From positions 512,001 to 576,000 of the forward strand of contig RDOB01000002.1 of the NCBI GenBank assembly GCA_011364965.1: a stretch of 64,000 nt of DNA, in the 5' to 3' direction. Under the pieces are notes generated by a model. That model searched no databases and was not told the origin of the DNA. It saw only the letters and a list, made by a program, of their open reading frames with translations. Numbering within the stretch: position 1 is the stretch's first letter; every line of letters begins with the position of its first letter. Source of the stretch: Candidatus Heimdallarchaeota archaeon (GTDB lineage: Archaea > Asgardarchaeota > Heimdallarchaeia > Hodarchaeales > Hodarchaeaceae). This document shows positions 10,243 to 19,069 of this stretch, in pieces. Position numbers and translations under genes: made by a program.

Positions 10243-11478
10243 TTATCTCTTTTCTATCTTAGTGGAGAATTGATTTAGCCAATTTTGGATGTAATCTAAT
10301 GCTAGTCCCACATTGCCAGCTTGACAATGATGAGAAGCATTATCCTCCTTAGTGAAAATTCTCCCTGTTATAGATTTTGCATTCTTCAGCGCTTCTACTT
10401 GTTTTTTGTAGAAAAACCGCGCTTTTCCATCTATATCATCTTCACCTATCAAAATTAGTACATCTTGTTTTATAAGATGAGAAATATTTTTGGTTGTATA
10501 ATTCTCGCTAGCTTCTTTTAAATAATCATATACACTCTCACAACCCGTGTTAAATAAAGCATGACTAAAGAACCACTCTGAATGAATCCTTTTGGGGTCA
10601 GATGGACTTCTCTTGTTTATTATTCTATTGAATAAACGGTTTGTTTTCGATTTAGCTTTAAATTTAAACAATATTTTGAGTAGTAATCTTGTAGAGAGCT
10701 TGTTTTGTCCTATCAAATCGTAGATAACACCCCATAACACTACACGCGCTACCCTTGGTTCAAAGGCCGCAGCACGCGGAGCTAGGAATCCCCCTAAAGA
10801 CATTCCGATAAGAGTTACTTCATTTAAATTGAAATAATCAAGAATCGCTTTGGTAGGGGTCTCCCAATGAGGATCCATTTTTAGATTGTAATGATGAAGT
10901 GGACGACCCTGTCCAGGGCCTTCAAACATAAAGATTTCGTATCCTATATTAGCGAAAAACGTAGCAATTGGATATAATTCTTCAATAAAAGAATCAAAGC
11001 CTCCGTGAAATAGAATGACACCTTTATTTTCATTAGCTGGAGTTAAATGCATTACTGATAAAAATCCGTCTTTATAGGGAACTTCCAACCTTTCAAAAGG
11101 CTCTGTTTGGAATGTTACATCGAATAAATCCAGAAATTTATTGTAAAAATTTTCTTTGTCTTGATCTGCTGGATTCGTGTAAAATTCTGCCGCTCGGTAT
11201 AGGATACAGGCCTCTTTGAATTGTTTCTTTGCTTCAGCTTGTTCAGCAAATCTATTCATCTCTTGTTTCCAAGAATTGAAGTCCTCTATATTGGAGGAAA
11301 CCTGCTTCAATAATTCTGGTTCAAGCCACCCCAATGTGTAATATCTATTTAGCTGAAAATTAAATGCAAGGAGATATTTTGCAGGATGAAAATCTTGTAA
11401 GCCAATAGGAAATTTAAAATCAAAATATTTTTTTGTTTCATCCTTCGTATTGGGATTATTTAATGTTTGATCCTTCAT
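10243..11478 (-). CDS. Alpha/beta hydrolase (FrsA/2,6-dihydroxypseudooxynicotine hydrolase-like)
   Basis: YRAAEFY, HGGFDS, FEGPGQG, GMSLGG, HCQAGN. Confidence 0.85.
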   Translation of the reverse strand: MKDQTLNNPNTKDETKKYFDFKFPIGLQDFHPAKYLLAFNFQLNRYYTLGWLEPELLKQVSSNIEDFNSWKQEMNRFAEQAEAKKQFKEACILYRAAEFYTNPADQDKENFYNKFLDLFDVTFQTEPFERLEVPYKDGFLSVMHLTPANENKGVILFHGGFDSFIEELYPIATFFANIGYEIFMFEGPGQGRPLHHYNLKMDPHWETPTKAILDYFNLNEVTLIGMSLGGFLAPRAAAFEPRVARVVLWGVIYDLIGQNKLSTRLLLKILFKFKAKSKTNRLFNRIINKRSPSDPKRIHSEWFFSHALFNTGCESVYDYLKEASENYTTKNISHLIKQDVLILIGEDDIDGKARFFYKKQVEALKNAKSITGRIFTKEDNASHHCQAGNVGLALDYIQNWLNQFSTKIEKR

Positions 11479-11550
11479 AATTTTTCCTTTCTTTATTAGA
11501 GAATTTTAAGGCAATTCAAAGTTTTTTAAATACTAAGTATTCTTTTCGAA

Positions 11551-11574
11551 TTTATTGCCTAAATAGACAATAAA
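11551..11574. promoter_or_regulatory. Palindromic operator candidate TTTATTG-cCTAaaTAGa-CAATAAA
   Basis: Inverted repeat between divergent hydrolase and regulator genes; AATTTATTGCCT recurs at 11704-11715. Confidence 0.5.
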
Positions 11575-11752
11575 ATATTTCTATGTTATAAGTTTTTAGA
11601 TTGATGTAGAGAATAGATTAAATTTAGCAATACGATTATTTTTTCCTATTGCAATAAAATAAAGCAAATTTAAACGTTTTAGTTATATTTATTAAGAAGA
11701 AATAATTTATTGCCTTACAAGAATTTAAATTCCTTTAGGATAGATTTCATAA

Positions 11753-12262
11753 ATGAAAGATGAAGCTATAAACCTAAAAGACGCATTTCTAATGATGATG
11801 GAAGAAAGAGCGGTACGAGGAGGATCTAATGTTTCACTAGGGAGAATTCTAGGATTGTTTTTGATTGAGGATCAACCAATGGATCAAAAAGAACTAGCAA
11901 ACCTTAGTGGGTACACAAAAGCTCATGTAAGCAAAGTATTACGGCAATTATTACTAACAGGAATCATAAATAAAACAGTGGTTACCACATCGTCCCCAGG
12001 AAGGCCCCGAATGATTTATAACTTAGATAAACAAGGATATGATATTGCACAACCAGGGATTTTGACTAATATTCGAAGTCTTACTCATACTAAAGAGAGA
12101 TTGCTGGAAATAAAACTTGGTTCATTTAAAGGAAAGAAAATCAGAAAAAGCGAAGATGATATTCAAATTATGAAAATTATAGAGATTTACATCGATTACA
12201 TAACCAGAATGGTAGCAATACTAGAAGAAGCTTTAAAAAAACAAATGTCAAAGGAGAAATAG
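11753..12262 (+). CDS. GbsR/MarR-family wHTH transcriptional regulator
   Basis: GRILGLF..PMDQKELANLSGYTKAHVSKVLRQL...GRPRMIY, followed by a coiled coil. Confidence 0.82.
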   Translation: MKDEAINLKDAFLMMMEERAVRGGSNVSLGRILGLFLIEDQPMDQKELANLSGYTKAHVSKVLRQLLLTGIINKTVVTTSSPGRPRMIYNLDKQGYDIAQPGILTNIRSLTHTKERLLEIKLGSFKGKKIRKSEDDIQIMKIIEIYIDYITRMVAILEEALKKQMSKEK

Positions 12263-12329
12263 AAATGCTCCATATTGAGAGTAAAGAAAAAAATTACTGC
12301 TATCTGAGATGATGAAAGCATATTCTCTT

Positions 12330-13178
12330 TCATTTTAAAAATGTTCCATTTCTGTACTCTTTGAAGGCATATTCTATTTCTTTTTTGGTATTCATTACAA
12401 TTGGTCCGTACCAAACAATAGGTTCATTAATTGGTTTACCTGAAACCAGTAAGAATCGTACTTTCTTGCTCGTAGTTATGATATTAACACTATTCCCTTT
12501 ATCAAATACAATCAACTGTTCTTTTGAGTAATTTTTACTCTTCTCTAAATCAAAAAATCCTGATCCTTCTATTACATATGCGAAAACGGTATAATTTTCC
12601 TTAATTATGTGTTCATGGGATGAATTTGGGGGAACTGATATATCTAGGTATTCGGGGTCTGCAATAATGTTTTTCACCGGTCCTACTATTCCATTTATTG
12701 TCCCAGCCAATAATCGGATTTCTGTTCCCGAATCTAATTTTATATGTGGAATCTGGTCGTTAGTTATGTCTTGATAGCGTGGAGGCATCATCTTGTGTTT
12801 TGCAGGTAGATTTACCCATAGCTGGAAACCCCATAGCAGTCCATTTGTCTGTATTGGCATCTCCGAATGAATAATACCACTACCTGCGGTCATCCATTGA
12901 ATATCTCCACCCTGAATTATTCCTGAATTTCCCAGACTATCCTTATGATTCATCTGGCCATGAAGCATATAGGTTACAGTTTCAATCCCTCTATGTGGAT
13001 GAGTTGGGAAACCAGCTATATAATCATCAGGATTATCAGAATGGAAATCATCTAGTAGGAGAAACGGATCAAGTAACTTCACTTCGTTGTGAGCAAAGGC
13101 TCGTTTTAAACGCACACCTGCCCCTTCTAATGCCGGTTTGCTCTGAAAAGTTTTATAAATTTTCCTTGGTTCATTCAT
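12330..13178 (-). CDS. Pirin family protein
   Basis: DPFLLLD, GFPTHPHRGIETVTY, WMTAGSGIIHSEMP, GPIVMN. Confidence 0.95.
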   Translation of the reverse strand: MNEPRKIYKTFQSKPALEGAGVRLKRAFAHNEVKLLDPFLLLDDFHSDNPDDYIAGFPTHPHRGIETVTYMLHGQMNHKDSLGNSGIIQGGDIQWMTAGSGIIHSEMPIQTNGLLWGFQLWVNLPAKHKMMPPRYQDITNDQIPHIKLDSGTEIRLLAGTINGIVGPVKNIIADPEYLDISVPPNSSHEHIIKENYTVFAYVIEGSGFFDLEKSKNYSKEQLIVFDKGNSVNIITTSKKVRFLLVSGKPINEPIVWYGPIVMNTKKEIEYAFKEYRNGTFLK

Positions 13179-13289
13179 AAGAGATCCTTTGTACAAATTT
13201 ATATATATCTACTATTCGAGTTTTCGTATTCGTTTGTAATATCTATTTAGATGGAAATTGAAGATTTCTTTGTCAAATGAAATTCATCA

Positions 13290-13745
13290 AATGGACAAGA
13301 TCATATCCACCCTGTGATATATGTGACACAAATCATTTAGCTTCGTCTCAACTTCCTGAATTTAGTATATTAGAAATTCAAAGTACATTTAAAAATTGAA
13401 AAATTAGTTTCACTCCTGTTAGAAAGATACCACAAACGATTTTAGACATGATTGCACCTCATGCACTAAATACGCATAATGTGTTAAAGCTGCGGTCACT
13501 GGAGATCCAGGTGACTTACTGGAAGCGTTTATGGCTGAATATTCGATAAAATTTCTTAATTCAGATATTATAGAGGATTTAATGTAGAATATACTTTATT
13601 ATGAACTAAAATGGTTACCCCGATTTCAGGAAATCACTCCAATAGAAAAAGCCCTCTCAAAAATACAAAATTGGGTTAAACCACTAGAATTAATCCCAAA
13701 AAATGCCAGGATAATAAAAAACCCATCAAAAAACAAACTGAGACA
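13290..13745 (+). pseudogene. Remnant of glycoside hydrolase family 4 C-terminal domain
   Basis: Manual translation QLPEFSILEIQSTFKN*KISFTPVRKIPQ../VKAAVTGDPGDLLEAF...LM*NILYYELKWLPRF; stops at 13397 and 13585, frameshift near 13481. Confidence 0.55.
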
Positions 13746-13769
13746 GTTCTCACTTGTTTATTGAATCAT

Positions 13770-14156
13770 TCATATTATTTGATTGACAACATTGATGGAA
13801 TTTAAAAATTCTTCGATTTGCTTTAATAGGTTGGCACTTCTAATAGGTTTTCCCAGAAATCTAACTGCTCCCGTATCAAGAGCTCTGCTCTTAATAGATG
13901 AATCAGCACTTATGAAGAAAATTTTTGCATGAGAATCATAATGTAAAATTTCTTTTGTGGTATCAAGTCCATTTTTAAACGGCATCCTATGGTCCATTAA
14001 TATAATATCTGGTCGAGGTTGAATATTTTTATATTTTTCTAAAGCCTCATCTCCATTAAAAGCTTTCCCAACAACTTCATGTCCCCCCCATTTGAGAAGC
14101 TCCTCAAATAGGAAAATAATATCCGGATCATCTTCAATAATAAAGATACGTGCTAT
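13770..14156 (-). CDS. Stand-alone response regulator receiver (CheY-like)
   Basis: Extended frame reads (I)ARIFIIEDD...PDIILMDHRMP..G..FISA..FLGKP; the only start candidates after the in-frame TAA are ATT/ATA, downstream of GAGGGA. Confidence 0.8.
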   Translation of the reverse strand: MARIFIIEDDPDIIFLFEELLKWGGHEVVGKAFNGDEALEKYKNIQPRPDIILMDHRMPFKNGLDTTKEILHYDSHAKIFFISADSSIKSRALDTGAVRFLGKPIRSANLLKQIEEFLNSINVVNQII

Positions 14157-14597
14157 AATTTATCCCTCGATATTTTTTGGATTAAAGCTTCTTGTAGATG
14201 ATCCTAACTTCATTAATTCTTTTAAATCTACCTTAATGGTATATCCTCTTGGAGTATCCGAATTATAGAAATATGGGTGAAATAGGGTTTTCTGAAATAA
14301 TCCTTTGATTTATATTTTCAAAATTTACCAAATTCAATAAGTATTAGGATAGGGTCAAAATCATCCTGTTTTATTCCTACTGAATTAGGTTTCCTTTCGA
14401 AAGAGAAGATTTAGTTTTAAAAATTCCTTTTTTATAACAATTTTTTTTAAGGTAAATTTCCTTTTATATTCTTAAATATATTCGAAAGAAAACTTTACCT
14501 TACTATCTTTGAAATTAAAACCAGAATTTACCTGTTTAGCTTATATTTTTGACTTTATTCATACAATACGAGCAATTAGGTTCATAAGGTGCATGTA

Positions 14598-15284
14598 ATG
14601 AGTAAATCTATGATTCAAATAGCAGGTCTTACGAAATTCTATGAACAGGGGGAAGTAGCAATTCCTGCTTTAAATGGAATTGATTTAATAATTGAGAAAG
14701 GCCAATTTATTGTAATTTTAGGTCCTAGCGGATCAGGGAAAACCACATTGTTAAATCTCGTTGGAGGTATTGATTATAAAACTGAGGGATCTATTATCGT
14801 GAACAATCAAGAGATTACCTGTTTGCGTGAGAAAGAATTAACAGAATATAGAAAAAGGGAAATTGGGTTTATATTTCAATTTTATAATCTTATTCCAACA
14901 TTAACAGCTTCGGAAAATGTTGAAATTGCTGCACGATTGAAATTTTCTCAGAATGCACGCAATAAAGCTCTCGCTATGCTTGCTGAAGTTGGTTTGGCAG
15001 AAAAAGCTCATAAATTTCCATCACAATTATCTGGAGGAGAGCAACAGCGGGTTGCGATCGCCAGAGCATTAGTAAAAGAACCAGATTTAATACTCGCTGA
15101 TGAACCAACAGGTAACCTAGATTCTGTAACTAGTGATAAAATTTTGTCAGTAATGGTTAAAGCCTGTAAAGAGAGAAGTACAACCTTTTTGATTGTAACT
15201 CATAATAGATCTATCTCTAAACTTGCGGATAAAATCATCTATTTAAAAGATGGTAAAATTTTTGGAACTTCCGACTCCGAATAA
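14598..15284 (+). CDS. ABC exporter ATP-binding protein (LolD/MacB type)
   Basis: [34 protein letters not shown]. Confidence 0.95.
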   Translation: MSKSMIQIAGLTKFYEQGEVAIPALNGIDLIIEKGQFIVILGPSGSGKTTLLNLVGGIDYKTEGSIIVNNQEITCLREKELTEYRKREIGFIFQFYNLIPTLTASENVEIAARLKFSQNARNKALAMLAEVGLAEKAHKFPSQLSGGEQQRVAIARALVKEPDLILADEPTGNLDSVTSDKILSVMVKACKERSTTFLIVTHNRSISKLADKIIYLKDGKIFGTSDSE

Positions 15285-15304
15285 TTCTAGAAAGGTGTTT
15301 TATT

Positions 15305-17725
15305 ATGCTTTTTGTAAAAAAAATAATCCGAGACTTATCAACAAATAAAAGTCGTTCCGTTCCAGTCATTATCTTAATCATTGTAAGCCAAATGGCAAGT
15401 GTCCTATATATCGAATTTGGTATAATCATAGATGTTTCAAAAGATAGATATTATGATGAAGTGAATCTTGCTGATGTTTGGATTGATACACTACCTATTA
15501 CATCTGCAGTTTTTAATGAAACAATTATAAATAATTGGAAAGATGGATTCGACATTGATTATGTTCAAACTCGCCTTTTTTTCCAAGGAAATATTGAAAT
15601 AGAAGGAGAAAAGATACCTATTGATATTATTGGTCATCCAGAGGATCAACAAGCTGCTGTTAGTAGAATTATAACTGCTGATGATAGTTATTTTGATGAT
15701 GTTCAGAACTTATCAAATGCTGTGTTCATTGAACGCGCATATATGAAATATTATAAAATATCTAGGAATTCTTCACTCGCTGTCAGATGTTCGTGTGGGA
15801 TTGAGACATTTAACTTTACATTAAAGGTCTTAGGTGGGGCAAATAGTGCAGAATATCCGCTTACGCCTGGTGAAGGTGCGTTACAGTTTGCTAATTCTGC
15901 AAATTTTGCACCTTTCTTGAGAATGAGTGTTTTTGTGCGAAATGATTTTCTTCAGGAACACATCTTTGAAAGTAAAGAATTCTACAATCAAATCTGCGTA
16001 TCAATTCAAGAAAAGGAGAGTATTCCAGCTTTCATTAGGTCTCTTAAACAAGATTCCTCAAATTTTGGGTACTCTATTTTGGCCATAAGAGAATACCCAA
16101 ATCTAATGGAAGATATGATTGATATGATGGTTGGAGTAGGGTGGGGATTAGCCCTTTTCTTTCTTATAATCAGCTTATTTGTGACATACACAATTATTAA
16201 TAGATTTATAAAAGAACAGCGTCCTCATATTGGGATAATGAAAGCGTTAGGTTATAATAATACTTCAATTTATATTAGAACCTTCTATTATGGTCTGATT
16301 TTAGGTTCTTCATCAATAATTGGAATAATTATTGGTGTGCTTCTCAGTTTTGGAATTATCGACTTAGGAATAGATACTTGGCTTTCTCTGCCATATAAAA
16401 TTATTTCTATCCCATTTTTACAATATATTGTATTAGTACTTGCAACAATCATCTGCTCACTAATAGCATGCTTCTTTTCAGCTCGGAATGTTGTTAAGAT
16501 AAGTCCTCAAGCTGCAGTTCGGCCTGAGATAGCAGAAAGAGATGTTAAGAGTTTTTTTGTTGAGAATTTTATTCAGAAGATCTTCCGTTGTCAACTCAAT
16601 CCACAAATAAAATATTCTATTAGAAATGTCTTCACAAATCCTAAACGATCCATCAATACCACGATCATTCTACTCATGGCTGTTTCACTTTTTGGAGCTT
16701 TTTTCACAATTATAGCAACTGTGAGTGGAGGAAGTACTCAAATGTTTATCTATGAGCAATGGGATGCACAGATCAATTTAAATCAACCCCAACAATTCTC
16801 AGATTTTGAATCATCTCTATTGAACAAATTAAACATAACCAAACCAATTATCATAGAACCTATGCTTGTTGATATAGCAAGATTATATCAAAAAGATACA
16901 TGGAGTAAAATCACTTTCACAGCTCTTATAAATCAGTCTCGATTAAAAAGATTTGAGGGGATAGATACTGGATTTAGAAACAATTTGTCAGCAATAGTTT
17001 CTCCTGACCTAGCTACACTCTATGGTCTCAATGAAGGAGAGAATTATAAAATTGGAGGTAGAAATGGAACTGAGTATCAGATAACAATACAAAAAGTACT
17101 ATCTACCCAATTAAGCTCAGGTTTCTTTATTCCACTTGAAATAGGACGTCTTTTATCTTTTGGTAATGATATAGATGATCAAGTAAATATGGTATTGATG
17201 GGGGATATAGAAGATTCTTTTTTTGAAAATTCAGTTATATTAAGTATGAGCGAAATTCAATCTATAATTCTAAAATCTGAACTAATAGATGAGATGGATG
17301 TATATAATTTCAGGATTCAAGCCGTAATGGCTGCAATATTGGGATTATTGATTATAATAGCTGCAATCATAATCTATAGCATCATGACAATAAATATTGC
17401 AGAAAGAAAGATCGATTTGATAATTCTTAAGACCCTTGGAGTTCATAATCGCGTATTATATCTTTGGGGAGGTGTTGAAGCTTTATTCTATTCACTTCTT
17501 GCAAGCTTAGGATATTTCATAGGTTATTTAGCCTCAAATTGGTATATGGGGATTCTTCAGGATCTAATGGAGCGCCCTCTTGTTACTCCGTTATTATCAT
17601 TCGAACATTATATCCTATGCTTAATTTTGGTAATAATAGCTGCTTATGCTGGCCAGTTCTTTGCTCTATATCAAGTATTGAAGCAGAGAATAGCCTTAGT
17701 TGTTAAAGAAAAGCTATTTGCCTAG
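15305..17725 (+). CDS. FtsX/MacB-like ABC permease (two repeats)
   Basis: EQRPHIGIMKALG and ERKIDLIILKTLG repeats; TM pattern; follows the ATPase. Confidence 0.88.
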   Translation: MLFVKKIIRDLSTNKSRSVPVIILIIVSQMASVLYIEFGIIIDVSKDRYYDEVNLADVWIDTLPITSAVFNETIINNWKDGFDIDYVQTRLFFQGNIEIEGEKIPIDIIGHPEDQQAAVSRIITADDSYFDDVQNLSNAVFIERAYMKYYKISRNSSLAVRCSCGIETFNFTLKVLGGANSAEYPLTPGEGALQFANSANFAPFLRMSVFVRNDFLQEHIFESKEFYNQICVSIQEKESIPAFIRSLKQDSSNFGYSILAIREYPNLMEDMIDMMVGVGWGLALFFLIISLFVTYTIINRFIKEQRPHIGIMKALGYNNTSIYIRTFYYGLILGSSSIIGIIIGVLLSFGIIDLGIDTWLSLPYKIISIPFLQYIVLVLATIICSLIACFFSARNVVKISPQAAVRPEIAERDVKSFFVENFIQKIFRCQLNPQIKYSIRNVFTNPKRSINTTIILLMAVSLFGAFFTIIATVSGGSTQMFIYEQWDAQINLNQPQQFSDFESSLLNKLNITKPIIIEPMLVDIARLYQKDTWSKITFTALINQSRLKRFEGIDTGFRNNLSAIVSPDLATLYGLNEGENYKIGGRNGTEYQITIQKVLSTQLSSGFFIPLEIGRLLSFGNDIDDQVNMVLMGDIEDSFFENSVILSMSEIQSIILKSELIDEMDVYNFRIQAVMAAILGLLIIIAAIIIYSIMTINIAERKIDLIILKTLGVHNRVLYLWGGVEALFYSLLASLGYFIGYLASNWYMGILQDLMERPLVTPLLSFEHYILCLILVIIAAYAGQFFALYQVLKQRIALVVKEKLFA

Positions 17726-17766
17726 AAAGAGTAGGAATGATTTGTTTATTAAAAAGCAAAAATAAC

Positions 17767-17791
17767 GCTCAGTTGAGATTTCTAACTGAGC
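17767..17791 (-). terminator. Hairpin GCTCAGTT/AACTGAGC followed by T-rich tract, 3' of histone gene
   Basis: Perfect 8-bp stem about 12 nt after the histone stop, between convergent genes. Confidence 0.6.
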
Positions 17792-17803
17792 TTGTTTCTA
17801 TAT

Positions 17804-18070
17804 CTAGATTTTGGACATTGCTAACTTAATATCATCACCCTTAACGGTTTTTCGACCAGAATTATTAGTAATTTCAACCGCATATTTTGCGATTTTTCCA
17901 CCATGCTCTGTAATAATTTCGTTCAAGGCACTAACAGCATCTGCTGACACTCGAAATGCACCTGCATCACGAATGATACGTTCAACCCTCGCGCTAGCAA
18001 ATCCACCTGCTCCAGCCTTCGCAGGAGCCTTTTTTGCCGTTTCTTTTTTAGTAACTTTCTTTTTTGCCAT
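17804..18070 (-). CDS. Archaeal histone with Lys-rich N-terminal tail
   Basis: Histone fold ARVERIIRDAGAFRVSADAV...GRKTVKGDDIKLA preceded by MAKKKVTKKETAKKAPAKAGAGG. Confidence 0.95.
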   Translation of the reverse strand: MAKKKVTKKETAKKAPAKAGAGGFASARVERIIRDAGAFRVSADAVSALNEIITEHGGKIAKYAVEITNNSGRKTVKGDDIKLAMSKI

Positions 18071-18297
18071 TTTGTCATCAATTCCAATTAGTCAAATCAA
18101 GCCAGAAGCTTAAAGAACTATTGCCTTAATAAACTTGTTGCTTTTTTTATTTAGGTGATACCTTTGGAGTTAGCTCATACATGGGATATCAAGAGCTAGT
18201 ACTAAACCTATCATCCTTTGCATCATAGTGAAATCAAATTAACACCCTTCACAAGATGGTACGTGAGTTATTTGGGAAGATATTCAATTCTATTATT

Positions 18298-18921
18298 TTA
18301 AGAAAATTGGTCAGCTATGCACCTATCACAGAGAATAATTCTCTCTCCTCCTCGCTTATCAATGATATCAGAACAATTTTGACATATATAATGTTTACAA
18401 TTTGAGCATCTAAGGATACCAATGTTAGATCTACATAGATTGCATCTAAAGAAACTTAAGTCTGTTTCAAGTTTTGAAATCAGAGATAGAAGTATCTTCT
18501 TAATTGTACTGGGAGTTTTAATAGAGCTATTAGTCCATATAGATTCCATCAGCATTTTAATTGATTTATCGGATATCTCTTTTGGTAAGGCTATATTCAA
18601 GTTTTCAGTTTCTAAGGGGGCAATGATTATTTTCCAAACCGCTTTGGGATAGATAAATACATGTTTCCGATTATTTATTTTGATATCAATCGATCCGATT
18701 AGTCCTGCATCCTCCAAAGCTGATAAATGAAAATCTAATCCCGCTCGTTGCAGATTAAATTCGCTTAATAGCTCTGATTTAGTTAAGAATATGTTTTTAT
18801 TAATGTAAGTGAGGATTTCCAGACGTTTAGTATTTGCTAAAGCTCGAATTAGTTCGAATTGTTGATCTGTAATTATCTTGGAATTTATTTTATGATCGTT
18901 TTCGGAATGAGGATTGCTCAT
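18298..18921 (-). CDS. ArsR-like wHTH protein with C-terminal 8-Cys zinc finger
   Basis: RALANTKRLEIL...LDFHLSALEDAGLI; CNLC-CSNC-CQNC-CDRC. Confidence 0.8.
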   Translation of the reverse strand: MSNPHSENDHKINSKIITDQQFELIRALANTKRLEILTYINKNIFLTKSELLSEFNLQRAGLDFHLSALEDAGLIGSIDIKINNRKHVFIYPKAVWKIIIAPLETENLNIALPKEISDKSIKMLMESIWTNSSIKTPSTIKKILLSLISKLETDLSFFRCNLCRSNIGILRCSNCKHYICQNCSDIIDKRGGERIILCDRCIADQFS

Positions 18922-19069
18922 ACATAAAGTATTACTGGAAACATAATAAATTTCACGGTTAAGTACGAAGGAGTTGGCCTAAAGTAAGTCGATTTACTAA
19001 AGCTCGAAAAGAATTTATAGCTCAACTAATAAAAAATGAGGAAGATAATTAGATTGGAGATGAGAAATT

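Noticed and set aside
18115-18135. TATTGCCT upstream of the histone gene matching the GbsR operator half-site
   Set aside because: Single 8-mer overlapping a probable TATA region; chance match is likely
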